64,000 nt of DNA from an uncultured Actinomycetes bacterium. GTDB taxonomy: Bacteria > Actinomycetota > Acidimicrobiia > IMCC26256 > DASPTH01. This document shows positions 1 to 10,399 of this stretch, piece by piece. Within the stretch, counting starts at the first letter, position 1, and each line of letters begins with the position of its first letter. The stretch is taken from positions 119,154-183,153 of the forward strand of contig CAVRJC010000012.1 in assembly GCA_963721435.1 (NCBI GenBank), read 5' to 3'. The position numbers were made by a program, and so were the translations under genes. The notes beneath the pieces were generated by a model. It was not told the origin of the DNA, ran no database searches, and worked only from the letters and a program-made list of their open reading frames with translations.

Positions 1-10
1 GGGGATCAAC

Positions 11-1702
11 GTGTGGGTGAACCCGACCGGCCAGGGGAACGGTGCGGGCGCGCAGACCAACGCGGACGGCGAGTACACCACGAACGCGCTCGCCCCCGGC
101 GACTACCGCGTGCAGTTCGCCGCGAACGGCCCCGATCCCGAATGGGCGACCGAGTTTTGGGACGAGCAGCCGTCCTGGAACTCGGCAACCGTCCTCACCA
201 TCTCCGGCGCCGACTCGCCGGCGCGCACCGGCATCGACGCGGTGTTGACACGCGCGGCAACAGTGGCCGGCACGGTGACGAACCGCGACGGCGCGCCTGC
301 GCCCGGCGTGTGCGTGTACGCGGTGAACGAGACACCGAACGGCCTCGACAGCACCGGGAGCGCGACGACCGATACCAACGGGACCTACGCGATCACCGGC
401 CTCGCCTCCGTTCCCGTCAAGATCTACTTCCAGGACTGCAACCACACCGGCCCCTATGTCGACCAATGGTGGGACGCACAGCCGGACGCCTCGACGGCGG
501 CGACGATCACGCCGCTCCCCGGAGAGACGACAACCGGGATCGATGCCCACCTTGACGCTGCCGGCGTCATCCGCGGCCACGTCACTGACACCGACGACCA
601 CCCGCTCGGCGGAATCTGCGCGCAGGCCACGACAGGCGCCTGGTTCGGCGGACTCGCTCGCACCGACGCCAACGGCGACTACGTTCTCACCGTCAGCCGT
701 GCGGGCGGCTACCGCGTGCAGTTCGTGGACTGCACCGACGCTCCCACGTTTGCCGGGCAGTGGTGGGACCACGTCACGAGCGAAGCGGCGGCCTCGGTCG
801 TGACCGTTGCGCCCGGTGATTCGGTGAGCGGCGTCGATGCAACCCTTGCACCGGGAGCGACCGGAACGATCTCCGGGCGCGTCGTCAATCTGCAGGGAGA
901 CGCGATGACCACGGCGTGCGTGGTGGCCTACCTGCCGGATCAGTACGCGCTCTTCGCGCCCGTGCACGCCGACGGTACCTACGAGATCGCGGGAATTCCT
1001 TCAGGAACGTACGCCCTCGCCGCACTGGGTTGCGGCGGCGGTGATCCCGTACCGGTGGTCACGGATCCCACGTCATCGGGCGTCGTGTACACGGGTCTCT
1101 GGTGGGACGGGATCCCGCTCCACTTCGAGCAGTCGAACCAGGGGGGGCCCGACCCGATTGCCCAGGGCGCGACGCTGGTGACCGTGACGCCGAACGCTCA
1201 GATCACCGGCCACGACTGGTGCTTCGGATGCACGGCACTCTCGATCACCGGCGTGACGCCGATGTCCGACTCCCTCACGGTGGCGTTCGACGCACCTGGA
1301 CTCGCAAGTCCCGAAGTCCTTGCGTCGGCCACCGCCACGGATCCACTCACGTATTCGGCGACGTGCACCTCGAGCAACGGCGCCGCGAGCGGGACGGCCA
1401 CCAGCAACGCGGCCGGCTCGATCACCGTCGGTGGCCTGACCCCGGGTGCGGAGTACGCGTGTCAGGTCGTCGCAAGGAGCGATGGTGTCCCGGTCGCAAT
1501 GTCCGGGCTCGCGGCCGGGACGACGATCGCCGACGCCAGCGAACCCGCGTCCGCGGCACTGACCACGCCGCTCGCGTTCACCGGCAGCCCGCCGGTGCAG
1601 TTGATGACCTCGGTCGGGTTGTTGCTCGTGGTACTCGGACTCATCGCGCTCCGCGGCACGCGGCGCGTTCGCGCTACCACGCCATCGACTGACCCCCGTT
1701 GA
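11..1702 (+). CDS. Cell-surface protein with carboxypeptidase-regulatory-like/Ig repeats, Fn3-like domain and LAFTG sortase signal (5' end likely upstream of the window)
   Basis: Repeated ~95-aa units (G.I.G.V....G.P..G.C...T..DG.Y......G.Y.VQF...QWWD), Fn3-like ITVGGLTPGAEYAC, C-terminal LAFTG followed by hydrophobic helix and Arg-rich tail; no signal peptide in the window. Confidence 0.8.
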   Translation: MWVNPTGQGNGAGAQTNADGEYTTNALAPGDYRVQFAANGPDPEWATEFWDEQPSWNSATVLTISGADSPARTGIDAVLTRAATVAGTVTNRDGAPAPGVCVYAVNETPNGLDSTGSATTDTNGTYAITGLASVPVKIYFQDCNHTGPYVDQWWDAQPDASTAATITPLPGETTTGIDAHLDAAGVIRGHVTDTDDHPLGGICAQATTGAWFGGLARTDANGDYVLTVSRAGGYRVQFVDCTDAPTFAGQWWDHVTSEAAASVVTVAPGDSVSGVDATLAPGATGTISGRVVNLQGDAMTTACVVAYLPDQYALFAPVHADGTYEIAGIPSGTYALAALGCGGGDPVPVVTDPTSSGVVYTGLWWDGIPLHFEQSNQGGPDPIAQGATLVTVTPNAQITGHDWCFGCTALSITGVTPMSDSLTVAFDAPGLASPEVLASATATDPLTYSATCTSSNGAASGTATSNAAGSITVGGLTPGAEYACQVVARSDGVPVAMSGLAAGTTIADASEPASAALTTPLAFTGSPPVQLMTSVGLLLVVLGLIALRGTRRVRATTPSTDPR

Positions 1703-2480
1703 CGCGGAAGATGTTGCCGGTCGCGAACCGCGCCGCGGGCGACACGAGGTAGAGGATCAGCATCGCCTGGTCGATCGCCTCACCGACCATGTGCAGCGGG
1801 CCCGCCGATCGCATGCCCTCGAGGAACTGCTCCCACTTCGCTTCGTCGACGTTGCCGTCGGCATCGTATTTGTGACGGGCGCTGAACGCGGTCTCCGTCG
1901 CGCCGGGCGCGATCGCGTTCACGCGGATCCCGTGCGGGCCGCCCTCGGTGGCGAGGAACATCGACAGCATCGCGACGCCGGCCTTGGTCATCCCGTAGAT
2001 GCCGTTGCCGAGCGCGGTGATGTCGATGCCGGTGCTCGACACGTTGACGATGTTGCCACCCGTCCCCTGCGCCTTCATCACGCGCATCGCGGCCTGGCAG
2101 CCGAAGAGCACACCCTTGAGGTTGATCCCGATCATGCGGTCGAGGTCGGCCTCCGAGATCTCGCTCACCAGCACGTCGCACGGGATGCCCGCGATGTTGC
2201 AGTAGATGTCGGCGCTGCCGAACTCGGCAACCGCGCGGTCGACGGCCGCGTCGTGATCGGCGCGTCGTTGCACGTCGGTGCGGAGCGACACCGCCTTGCC
2301 ACCCTGCGCGACGATCTGCTTCGCGGTTGCCTCCGCGGCCTCGGCGTTGATGTCGGCCACGACGACCGCCGCCCCCGCCTCGGCAAGGACGAGGCTGGTC
2401 GCCTCGCCGATCCCGCTCCCGCCGCCGGTGACCACCGCCGCCTTCCCGGTGAGGTCGAACATGTTGTCGAGCAGGGCCAT
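1674..2480 (-). CDS. SDR family NAD(P)-dependent oxidoreductase
   Basis: TGGGSGIG, NIAG, YGMTK, VNAIAPG motifs. Confidence 0.93.
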   Translation of the reverse strand: MALLDNMFDLTGKAAVVTGGGSGIGEATSLVLAEAGAAVVVADINAEAAEATAKQIVAQGGKAVSLRTDVQRRADHDAAVDRAVAEFGSADIYCNIAGIPCDVLVSEISEADLDRMIGINLKGVLFGCQAAMRVMKAQGTGGNIVNVSSTGIDITALGNGIYGMTKAGVAMLSMFLATEGGPHGIRVNAIAPGATETAFSARHKYDADGNVDEAKWEQFLEGMRSAGPLHMVGEAIDQAMLILYLVSPAARFATGNIFRVNGGQSMAW

Positions 2481-2554
2481 GGTGTCTCCTCGTTCAGCTG
2501 GGCAGGTGGGTGGGCCGGTCGCCGGATGCGCCGATCGCCCTACGATCCTCCGTC

Positions 2555-3172
2555 ATGCCGATCGATCTGCGCCAACTCGTCGCCGCTGACCACACCGCGG
2601 TGCTCACCATGGAGATGCAGCGGGGGGTGATGGGCGACCTCGCGGCCATGCCCTCGATCGCGCAGGCCGTGGCGGCGCAGGGCATCGTCGAGCCCACCGC
2701 CCGGTTGCTCGCCGCGGCCCGGGCCGCCGGCGTCCGGGTCGTGCACTGCACCGCCGAGTTCCGGGAAGACCGGGCCGGCTCGGCGGCGAACTCGCCGATG
2801 TTGGCCATGGCGTACAAGAACCCGACCATCATCACCGGCACGCCGGGCGTCGACATCATCCCGGAGCTCGACCAGCAGCCGAGCGATCTCGTCTCGACCC
2901 GCTTCCACGGGCTCTCGCCGTTCGCCGGCACGTCGCTCGACGTCACCCTGCGCAACCTGGGCGTGAGCACGGTGATCGCCACCGGGTTCTCGATCAACAT
3001 CGGGATCTTCGGCATGCTGCTCGGGGCCGTCGACCTCGGCTACTCCGCGGTGCTGGCGACCGACTGCGTCGGCGGGATCCCCGAGGACTACGCGCAGGCA
3101 GTGCTCGACAACTCGCTCGCGCTCCTCGCCACCCGCGCCACCGCCGACGAGCTCATCGCCCTCTGGACGTAG
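2555..3172 (+). CDS. Isochorismatase/cysteine hydrolase family protein
   Basis: TAVLTMEMQRG...LRNLGVSTVIATG...AVDLGY fold; ATG at 2555 chosen over the longer ORF start. Confidence 0.85.
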   Translation: MPIDLRQLVAADHTAVLTMEMQRGVMGDLAAMPSIAQAVAAQGIVEPTARLLAAARAAGVRVVHCTAEFREDRAGSAANSPMLAMAYKNPTIITGTPGVDIIPELDQQPSDLVSTRFHGLSPFAGTSLDVTLRNLGVSTVIATGFSINIGIFGMLLGAVDLGYSAVLATDCVGGIPEDYAQAVLDNSLALLATRATADELIALWT

Positions 3173-3176
3173 CGGG

Positions 3177-3965
3177 TCAGAACAGGCCCATGGCGCGGCC
3201 GCCGTCGACGTCGATGGAGACGCCGTTCACGTACGACGCCTCCTCGGAGCAGAGGAAGAGCACCACGTTGGCGACCTCCTCCGACGTGCCGTACCGACCC
3301 ATCGGCACGTTCTCGGAGCGCTTGGCGAAGACAGCCTCCTTGTCGGTGCCCGCCGCCTCGGCGATCTCCGACGCGGCCCGCTCCCACATCGCGGTGCGGA
3401 TGAGGCCGGGCAGCACGGAGTTCACCAGCACGTTGTCGGCGCCGTACTTGCGGGCGAGCGACTTCGCCACCGACACCATCGCGGCCTTGCTCGCGGTGTA
3501 GTCGATGAGCGACGCGTCGGGGTACTTGGCACCGATCGTCGACACCATCACGACGCGTCCCCACTTCTGCGCGCGCATGTGGGGCAGGAACTTGCGCGTG
3601 CACCGCACCGCCGACATCAGATTGAGCTCGAACAACGACGACCAATCGTCGTCGCTCATGTAGAGGAAGTTGCGCGACGGTGAGTCGCCGACGTTGTTGA
3701 CGACGATGTCGGTGTCACCGATGTCGCTCGCGACCGCGTCGAGGAACGCGTTCGTGCTGTCGGCGTCGCCCATGTCGGCGACGTAGGGCCGCACGAGCAC
3801 GCGCTCTCCCTCGGCGACGCTCGCGACGAGGGCATCGAGGCCCTCCCGCTTCCGCGCGCAGCACGCGACGACCGCGCCACGAGCGGCCAGCCCGCGCACG
3901 ACGGCCGCGCCGATCCCCGCACTCGCCCCGGTGACGAGCGCGATCCTTCCACTGAGCTCAGCCAT
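3177..3965 (-). CDS. SDR family oxidoreductase
   Basis: TGASAGIG, NNVG, YTASK, VNSVLPG. Confidence 0.93.
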   Translation of the reverse strand: MAELSGRIALVTGASAGIGAAVVRGLAARGAVVACCARKREGLDALVASVAEGERVLVRPYVADMGDADSTNAFLDAVASDIGDTDIVVNNVGDSPSRNFLYMSDDDWSSLFELNLMSAVRCTRKFLPHMRAQKWGRVVMVSTIGAKYPDASLIDYTASKAAMVSVAKSLARKYGADNVLVNSVLPGLIRTAMWERAASEIAEAAGTDKEAVFAKRSENVPMGRYGTSEEVANVVLFLCSEEASYVNGVSIDVDGGRAMGLF

Positions 3966-3983
3966 CAGCGATGTGTGCCGCAG

Positions 3984-5264
3984 TTACGCGGCGACGCGCT
4001 GGTTCTCGGGCGCGAACGCGGGGCACATCTGCGCGTCGAGGGGGATGTCGGCAAGCGAGATCGGCGTGGCCACTTCACGCACCGTCGGGCCGTAGAGGTC
4101 GGCGATGGGACGGAGCACGTCGAGGTCGAAGCCGTAGAGCTCTGCGGCATTGAGCGTGACCATACGCTCGATCTCGTCGGAGGGGACACCCTCGAACGTG
4201 AGCTGCAGGTGCTCCTTGGTGTAGGGGTACGACGCCTCGCGGTGCGGATAGTCACTCCCCCACATCAGCTTGTCGAGGCCGATCTCGTAGCGCATCGGCG
4301 CCTCGTTCGGCCGGAGGAAGCTCGCGGCGATGTGGCACTGCCGGGCGAAGTACTCGCTCGGCTTGAGATCGAGCGGCTTCGTGCACTCGCCACCGAAGAT
4401 GTGCTCGGGGCTGTCGACCTCGTACTTCATGCGACCGTAGAACTGGTCGAGCTCGGCCAGCGTCTCCGGCACCCACGCCGAACCGGCCTCCGCGATCACG
4501 AACTGCAGCTCGGGATGACGCTGGAACACACCTTCGAAGATGAGCGCCCACAGCGGGCGGTGCGCCCACCAGCGGACCTCGAGCATGAACATCGCGGTCG
4601 CGACCGGGTGGTAGGGGCCGAAGTCGGGGACGCCGCTGCCACTGTGGGTGTGCACGACGTGGCCGAGGTCTTCGCACGCCTGCCAGATCGGCTCGTACTC
4701 GCCGGGCGCGTACAACGGGACCATGCCCGAGCCGGGAGGGCACCCCGGGATGAGGATGCCGCCGGTGAGCCCCTGCTCCTTCGCCCACTCGAGCTCGGCG
4801 ACCGTGCCGGGCACGTCGTTGAGGAACGTCTGCACGATGCCGGCGCGCTGACCCGGCGCGTCGTTGCAGAAGTCGACGAGCCAGCGGTTGTGCGCGCGCA
4901 ACCCGGCCCACCGCTGCTCGCCGTCTTCGGCGGTGAGCTTGGGTGCCTGGAGCGAGCTCGACGCGAGCGGCGCGAACGGCGGCTGCGTGTTCGGGAAGAT
5001 CACTTCCGCGACGACGCCGTCTTCGTGCATCTCCTCGAGGCGCCGGTCGGAGTCCCAGTTGCGGTTCATGTCGTCGGCGGCGTCGCTGCCGACGGCGATC
5101 TTGCCGCCGCCACCCATCGCCATGAAACGCGCCTCGACCGCGTCGGCCCACGCGTCGAAGTCGTCGTGCCACTTCGACTCGAGGTAGGGCTTGTAGCCCC
5201 GCACACTCCCGCCGGCGTGGGTGTCGGACGAGATGAGGATGTACCGGTCGTCGAGCTCAGGCAT
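3984..5264 (-). CDS. Amidohydrolase family protein (amidohydro_2 type)
   Basis: ISSDTH metal motif, HTH, MWGSDYPH, NAAELY; start MPEL at 5264 after GGGGGA RBS. Confidence 0.9.
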   Translation of the reverse strand: MPELDDRYILISSDTHAGGSVRGYKPYLESKWHDDFDAWADAVEARFMAMGGGGKIAVGSDAADDMNRNWDSDRRLEEMHEDGVVAEVIFPNTQPPFAPLASSSLQAPKLTAEDGEQRWAGLRAHNRWLVDFCNDAPGQRAGIVQTFLNDVPGTVAELEWAKEQGLTGGILIPGCPPGSGMVPLYAPGEYEPIWQACEDLGHVVHTHSGSGVPDFGPYHPVATAMFMLEVRWWAHRPLWALIFEGVFQRHPELQFVIAEAGSAWVPETLAELDQFYGRMKYEVDSPEHIFGGECTKPLDLKPSEYFARQCHIAASFLRPNEAPMRYEIGLDKLMWGSDYPHREASYPYTKEHLQLTFEGVPSDEIERMVTLNAAELYGFDLDVLRPIADLYGPTVREVATPISLADIPLDAQMCPAFAPENQRVAA

Positions 5265-5336
5265 TGCGTCCCCCAGGAAATTCGCAGCGGTCACCCGCGA
5301 ACGTACTCTCCGACGGCCCCATTTGAGAAGAGGGCA

Positions 5337-6581
5337 TCAAATCCCACGGCCGAGCACGAGGACCGCGTTGTGGCCGCCGAACGCGAACGAGTTCGACAGC
5401 ACCACACCCTCGCCGAGCTCGCGGGGCTCCCGCACGACGTCGACGTCGATCTCGGGGTCGACGTTCACGCAGTTCGCGGTGGGCGGGATCGTGCCGGTCT
5501 GGAGCGTGAGCACGCTCGCGACCGCCTCCAGCGCTCCCGACGCGCCGATCGCGTGACCGAGCACGCCCTTCACGGAGGTGACCGGTGGCGCGCTCGCCCC
5601 GAACACGGTGCGGATCGCGATCGCCTCGGCGACATCGTTGAACGCGGTCGACGTGCCGTGCGCGTTGACGTGGGCGACATCGCCCGGCTCGAGCCCCGCG
5701 TCGGCGAGCGCGAGGCGCATGCAGTCGGCGGCACCTCGGCCGTCGGGCCGCGGTGACGTGGGGTGATGCGCGTCGGCGTTGCGCCCGTAGCCGAGCAGCT
5801 CCGCGTCCACGGTGGCACCGCGTGCACGCGCGTCGTCGAGTCGTTCGAGCACGACGACCGCCGCGCCCTCGCCCATGACAAAGCCGTCGCGGTCGCGGTC
5901 GAAGGGTCGCGACGCGACGGAGGGATCCTCGGCGCGCTCGGACAACGCGTGCGCGGCGGCGAACGCGGTCATGACCCACGGCGTGAGCGGTGCCTCCGCG
6001 CCGCCCGCGATGACGACGTCGGCGCTGCCTTCTCGCAGCAGGCGCATGCCCTCGCCGATCGCGTTGGCGCCGGCCGCGCACGCGGTCGAGATGCTCATAC
6101 ACGGACCCCGGAAGCCGTGACGCTGGCTCAAGGTCGCTGCGCCCGCGTTCGGCATGACCATCGGGATGAACAACGGGTTGATGCGGCCCTTGAGCGCCGG
6201 GTTCTTCACCCCGAGGAACTCACGCGCGCCTTCCTCTGCGGTCTCGAGCCCGCCGAAGCCGGTGCCGATCACGATGCCGACGCGCGCGGGATCGACATCA
6301 CCCAGCGCGGCGTCGGCGAGCGCGGCGTCGCCCGCGCCGAGCGTGAATTGCGTCACACGGTCGGCGCGCTTCGCCTCCTTGTTCGTGAGCACCGAGAGCG
6401 AATCGAAGTCGGTGACTTCACACCCGAAGCGGATCGGCGCATCGGAGACGTCGAGGTGCTCCACCGGCTGGGCCACGCCCCGACCCGCCATCAGTGACGC
6501 CCAAAACGCGTCGCACGTGGACCCCGCGGCCGACACGACACCGATGCCCGTGATCGCGACGCGTGGACCGGCTCCGACCAT
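5337..6581 (-). CDS. fabF: Beta-ketoacyl-ACP synthase II (FabF-like)
   Basis: TACAAG (catalytic Cys), AHGTST and GHAIG (His-His), SNSFAFGGHN. Confidence 0.9.
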   Translation of the reverse strand: MVGAGPRVAITGIGVVSAAGSTCDAFWASLMAGRGVAQPVEHLDVSDAPIRFGCEVTDFDSLSVLTNKEAKRADRVTQFTLGAGDAALADAALGDVDPARVGIVIGTGFGGLETAEEGAREFLGVKNPALKGRINPLFIPMVMPNAGAATLSQRHGFRGPCMSISTACAAGANAIGEGMRLLREGSADVVIAGGAEAPLTPWVMTAFAAAHALSERAEDPSVASRPFDRDRDGFVMGEGAAVVVLERLDDARARGATVDAELLGYGRNADAHHPTSPRPDGRGAADCMRLALADAGLEPGDVAHVNAHGTSTAFNDVAEAIAIRTVFGASAPPVTSVKGVLGHAIGASGALEAVASVLTLQTGTIPPTANCVNVDPEIDVDVVREPRELGEGVVLSNSFAFGGHNAVLVLGRGI

Positions 6582-6617
6582 CCGGTGAAGATAGGCGTTC
6601 GTCTAAGTTCTCCGGCT

Positions 6618-6863
6618 ATGGCCTTCCCGACGCTCGACACCGTCGTCAAGCAGTTGCGCGAGATCGCCGAAGACGATTCGATCACCGCCGACTCGAAGAT
6701 CACGGCCATCGACGTCGACTCGCTCGACGTGCTCGAGTGGATCTTCGAGATCGAGGAGGAAGCCGGGTTCGTGATCGACGAGAAGCTCTACTCCAAGGCT
6801 TCGCTCGCCACCGCGACCGTCGGCGACTTCTACGAGCGGGTCAAGAACGCGCCCACCGCTTGA
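6618..6863 (+). CDS. Acyl carrier protein
   Basis: Small acidic protein with DVDSLDVLE phosphopantetheine-attachment motif. Confidence 0.85.
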   Translation: MAFPTLDTVVKQLREIAEDDSITADSKITAIDVDSLDVLEWIFEIEEEAGFVIDEKLYSKASLATATVGDFYERVKNAPTA

Positions 6864-7645
6864 AGGCGCACCGCTCGAGCACGGAAGCTCCGAATCCGGA
6901 TCGGCCAAGTTCTGATCGAGTCGAGCCGGTCTACGGGCTCGCCCGGGCGATCGCGTACCCCATCCGCCCGCTCTTCCACATCCGCCGCATCGGCTCTCGT
7001 CGGGTGCCGCGCCACGGGCCGGCGCTGCTCGCGTGCAACCACATCTCCCTCCTCGACCCGCTCCTCGTGCTCTGGCTGGGAGAGTGCACTCGCCGGAAGG
7101 TCCGCTTCCTGGCGATGGCGGAGCTGTGGAAGTCTCCCGTCCTCCGCTTCTTCCTCGAGCACACGCACCAGATCCCCGTCGATCGCACGTCGGCGGGCTC
7201 GCTCGGCTCGCTCGAGGCGGCCGGGACCGCGCTGCGCGCCGGCGAGTGCGTCGCGGTGTTCCCCGAGGGCGAGATCTCGACCGACCTCGAGCTCATGCCG
7301 GGCAAGACGGGCATCGGGCGCCTCGCCGCGAGCACCGGCGTCCCGGTGACACCCATGGGCGTGTGGGGCAGCCAGCGGGTGCACGCCAAGGGCCGGAAGC
7401 CGAAGATCCCGTGCGGCATCGCGCTGTCGATCGTCGTGGGACCACCGATCACGGTCGCGCCCGACGAGAACGTCTTCGACGCGACCGATCGCATCATGGC
7501 CGCCGTGGCCGAGTGCGTCGCGGCCGCGCGCGCCGTCTACCCGCAGCAGCCCGACGACGGCGAAGACGCGTGGTGGGTACGGTCACCTGCGAGCGCGGTG
7601 ATGCGCCCTGCCAAGCGCGAGCGCAACCGCAGTCGGTGGAGTTAG
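6860..7645 (+). CDS. 1-acyl-sn-glycerol-3-phosphate (lysophospholipid) acyltransferase, PlsC family
   Basis: NHISLLD (HX4D), FPEG motifs; probable TTG start overlapping the ACP stop (TTGA), start uncertain. Confidence 0.85.
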   Translation: MKAHRSSTEAPNPDRPSSDRVEPVYGLARAIAYPIRPLFHIRRIGSRRVPRHGPALLACNHISLLDPLLVLWLGECTRRKVRFLAMAELWKSPVLRFFLEHTHQIPVDRTSAGSLGSLEAAGTALRAGECVAVFPEGEISTDLELMPGKTGIGRLAASTGVPVTPMGVWGSQRVHAKGRKPKIPCGIALSIVVGPPITVAPDENVFDATDRIMAAVAECVAAARAVYPQQPDDGEDAWWVRSPASAVMRPAKRERNRSRWS

Positions 7646-7665
7646 GGAGCGAAAGGTTCGCTCCC
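7645..7665. terminator. GC-rich hairpin between convergent genes
   Basis: GGGAGCGAA-AGG-TTCGCTCCC, 9-bp perfect stem right after the PlsC stop. Confidence 0.5.
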
Positions 7666-7721
7666 GAAGTTGTCGGCAGCACCGGACTCGGCCGCGAACC
7701 TCGAGCGACCCGGAATCTGGC

Positions 7722-8414
7722 CTACGGGTGCACGAGATGCGCGACGAGTGCGAAGTGGCAGCTCGCGCCGGCGACCGTCATCACGTGCCACACCTCGTGG
7801 TAGCCGAAGAGCCTCGGGCTCGGATTCGGGCGGCGCGTCGCCAGCCCGATCGCGCCGAGCGTGTAGAGCACGCCACCGGCGAACATCAACACGAGCTCGG
7901 TGGTGCCGAGCGACTGCACGATCATCGGGAGCGCGATGATCACCAACCATCCCATCCCGATGTACATGAACCCGCCGACGCGGCTCAGCACGCCGAACCG
8001 CGAAAGTGCGAGGGTGACGCCGACCACCGCGATCGTCCACACGACCGTGAGCAACGCGATCCCCCACGCGGGTTGCATGGCGAGCAGCGTGATCGGCGTG
8101 TACGAGCCGGCGATGAGCACGAAGATCATCGCGTGATCGGCGCGCTGCAATTTGGCGCGCACCCGTGGCGTCCAGTTGCCGCGGTGGTACAGCGCGCTCG
8201 TACCGAACAACGCGGCCAGTGACAGCGCGAAGCAGATCGCCGCGACGTGGGCCGCGACACCCTCACTGATCGCGACGAGCGCGGCGCCGGCCGGGAGCGA
8301 GGCGAAGAACGCGCCCTGATGGATCCGTCCGCGCCACCACGGCTTCACGACGTCCGCTTCGGGCTCGCCGGGTCGTGCGCCTGTCGCCGAAGTCGTCGCC
8401 GCGGTCACGGACAT
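7722..8414 (-). CDS. Hemolysin III / PAQR family membrane protein
   Basis: 7 TM helices, SALYH, DHAMIFVLIAGSYTP, YHEVWH motifs. Confidence 0.92.
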   Translation of the reverse strand: MSVTAATTSATGARPGEPEADVVKPWWRGRIHQGAFFASLPAGAALVAISEGVAAHVAAICFALSLAALFGTSALYHRGNWTPRVRAKLQRADHAMIFVLIAGSYTPITLLAMQPAWGIALLTVVWTIAVVGVTLALSRFGVLSRVGGFMYIGMGWLVIIALPMIVQSLGTTELVLMFAGGVLYTLGAIGLATRRPNPSPRLFGYHEVWHVMTVAGASCHFALVAHLVHP

Positions 8415-8481
8415 CCATCGAAGTTATGGGCCATTTCCTTGAGCACGCGCGGGGCGACCGGCTTTGCAAGACTCGGGGCTC

Positions 8482-8916
8482 ATGGACATCCGTGACCCAG
8501 GAACGGTCGACTGGTCGGCACTGCTCCCCGCCCGCACCGGCGTCGACGTCGACGCGCTCCCGTGGGAGGAGATGTTCGACGCCGAGGGCAATCGCACCGG
8601 CGTGATGCTCAAATGGGTCATCGACCCCGCGATCGGGAAGAACTGCATGCTGCTGCGGCTGCCGCCGAACCACCGGGCGGCGCCGCACTGGCACACTTCG
8701 GACACCCTCTACCTCGTGACCAAGGGCGAGTTCACGATCGACGGCGAGGGCAGCTTCTTCCCCGGCCAGGTGCGCTGGGTCCAGGGCGGGTTCTCGTACG
8801 GGTCCGAGGGTGCGGGGCCCGAGGGCTGCGAGTTCTACTTCTTCAGCCTCGGCCCGTACGGCCAGCACTTCCCCGACCGGGAGCCCCCGCCGCTCGGGAG
8901 CTGGGACGACCCCTGA
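8482..8916 (+). CDS. Cupin domain protein (ChrR-like)
   Basis: PHWHTSDTLYLVTKGEF...G..YG.E cupin motif. Confidence 0.75.
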   Translation: MDIRDPGTVDWSALLPARTGVDVDALPWEEMFDAEGNRTGVMLKWVIDPAIGKNCMLLRLPPNHRAAPHWHTSDTLYLVTKGEFTIDGEGSFFPGQVRWVQGGFSYGSEGAGPEGCEFYFFSLGPYGQHFPDREPPPLGSWDDP

Positions 8917-8960
8917 TCTCGCCGCCGGCGGCGATGTGGCCGTGAGCTAGAAACACGCCC

Positions 8961-10386
8961 ATGGGAATCGACGAGATCGCGAACATGGATGCGACCGCGC
9001 AGGCGGCGATGGTGGCGTCGGGCGGGTGCAGCGCGGCGGAGCTGCTCGAAGCGACGATCGTCGGCATCGAGCGCGTGAACCCCCAGCTCAATGCGGTGAT
9101 CATCCCCTTGTTCGACCGCGCGCGAGCAGGTCGCGAGCGGGAACCTCGGTGACGGGCCCTTCCGCGGGGTGCCCCTCGTGCTGAAGGATCTCGGCGCCGC
9201 GCTCGCCGGCACGCCGCAGTACGGCGGCACCAAGGTATTGCGCGACCGCGCGTGGGTGTCGCCGCACGACAGCGAGCTCACCGCACGTTTCGGGCGCGCC
9301 GGCTTCGTGTTCGTCGGCAAGACCAACACCCCGGAGCTCGGGCTGTCACCGACGACCGAGCCCGAGACCTTCGGGCCCACCCGCAACCCGTGGAATCCCG
9401 ACCGCATCGTGGGCGGCTCGAGCGGTGGCTCGGCATCGGCGGTCGCGGCGCGCATGGTCGCGGTCGCGCACGCGGGCGACGGTGGCGGTTCGATCCGCAA
9501 CCCGGCCGGAGCGTGCGGCGTGATGGGGCTCAAGCCGTCACGCGGGCGGGTGACCCTCGGGCCCGACGCGGGCGAGTCGTGGAGCGGTTGCGTGACCGAG
9601 CTGGTGATCACGCGGAGCGTGCGCGACACCGCGGCCGTCCTCGATGCGGTCGCGGGCTACTTCACCGGCGACCCGGTGACCGCGCCCCCGCCGGAGCGGT
9701 CGTACCTCTCCGAAGTGGGTCGTGACCCCGGGCGCCTGCGGGTCGGCATGTTCGTCGGCAATCCCGAGACGCCCGGCGCACCCGAGGCGCGCGACGCCGT
9801 CGAGGGCTGCGCGCGGCTGCTCGCGGAGCTCGGCCACGACGTGCACGACGGCTACCCGCCCGTGCTCGACAGCAACGAGCTCGCGACCTTGCTCGGCGTG
9901 TCGGTCGCAGTCTCGGTCGCACGCGAGCTCGCGGTCATCGAGGAGCGCACCGGCTCGCCGGTGGGGCCGGACGGCGTCGAGCCCACGACGTGGATGTTCG
10001 CGGAGCGCGGGCGCGCGACGTCGGCCGTCGACTACGTCGCCAACATCGATGCGATGCACCGCTACTCGCGCGCGCTGTGCTCGTGGTGGGACGTCGACGG
10101 CAACGACCTCCTCATCACGCCCACGATGGCCGAGGCTGCGCCACCGATCGGTGAGCTCAAGGGCGCGAGCGTCGAGCGCATCGTGCGGCTGGTGCCGTAC
10201 ACATCGCCCTACAACGTGTCCGGACAACCGGGCATCGCACTCCCGTTGCACTGGACCGCCGACGACATGCCGGTCGGCATCCAGCTCATCGCCGCCGCAG
10301 GTCGCGAAGACCTGCTCATCCGCGTGGCCGCGCAGCTCGAAGCTGCGCAACCCTGGCGCGACCGCATGCCCCCGATCCACGCGTGA
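8961..10386 (+). CDS. Amidase (amidase-signature family), frameshifted near 9125
   Basis: N-terminus in 8961..9152 and body in 9169..10386; KD, GGSSGGS, DGGGSIRNPA motifs; break lies in a CG dinucleotide run. Confidence 0.9.
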
Positions 10387-10399
10387 CGGACACGGGCGA

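Noticed and set aside
5337-6863. Type II PKS cluster
   Set aside because: No chain-length factor, cyclase or aromatase; the KS has ordinary FabF motifs
7722-8414. Hemolysin as virulence toxin
   Set aside because: The hemolysin III/PAQR family is a widespread membrane-homeostasis family; the name is not evidence of toxicity
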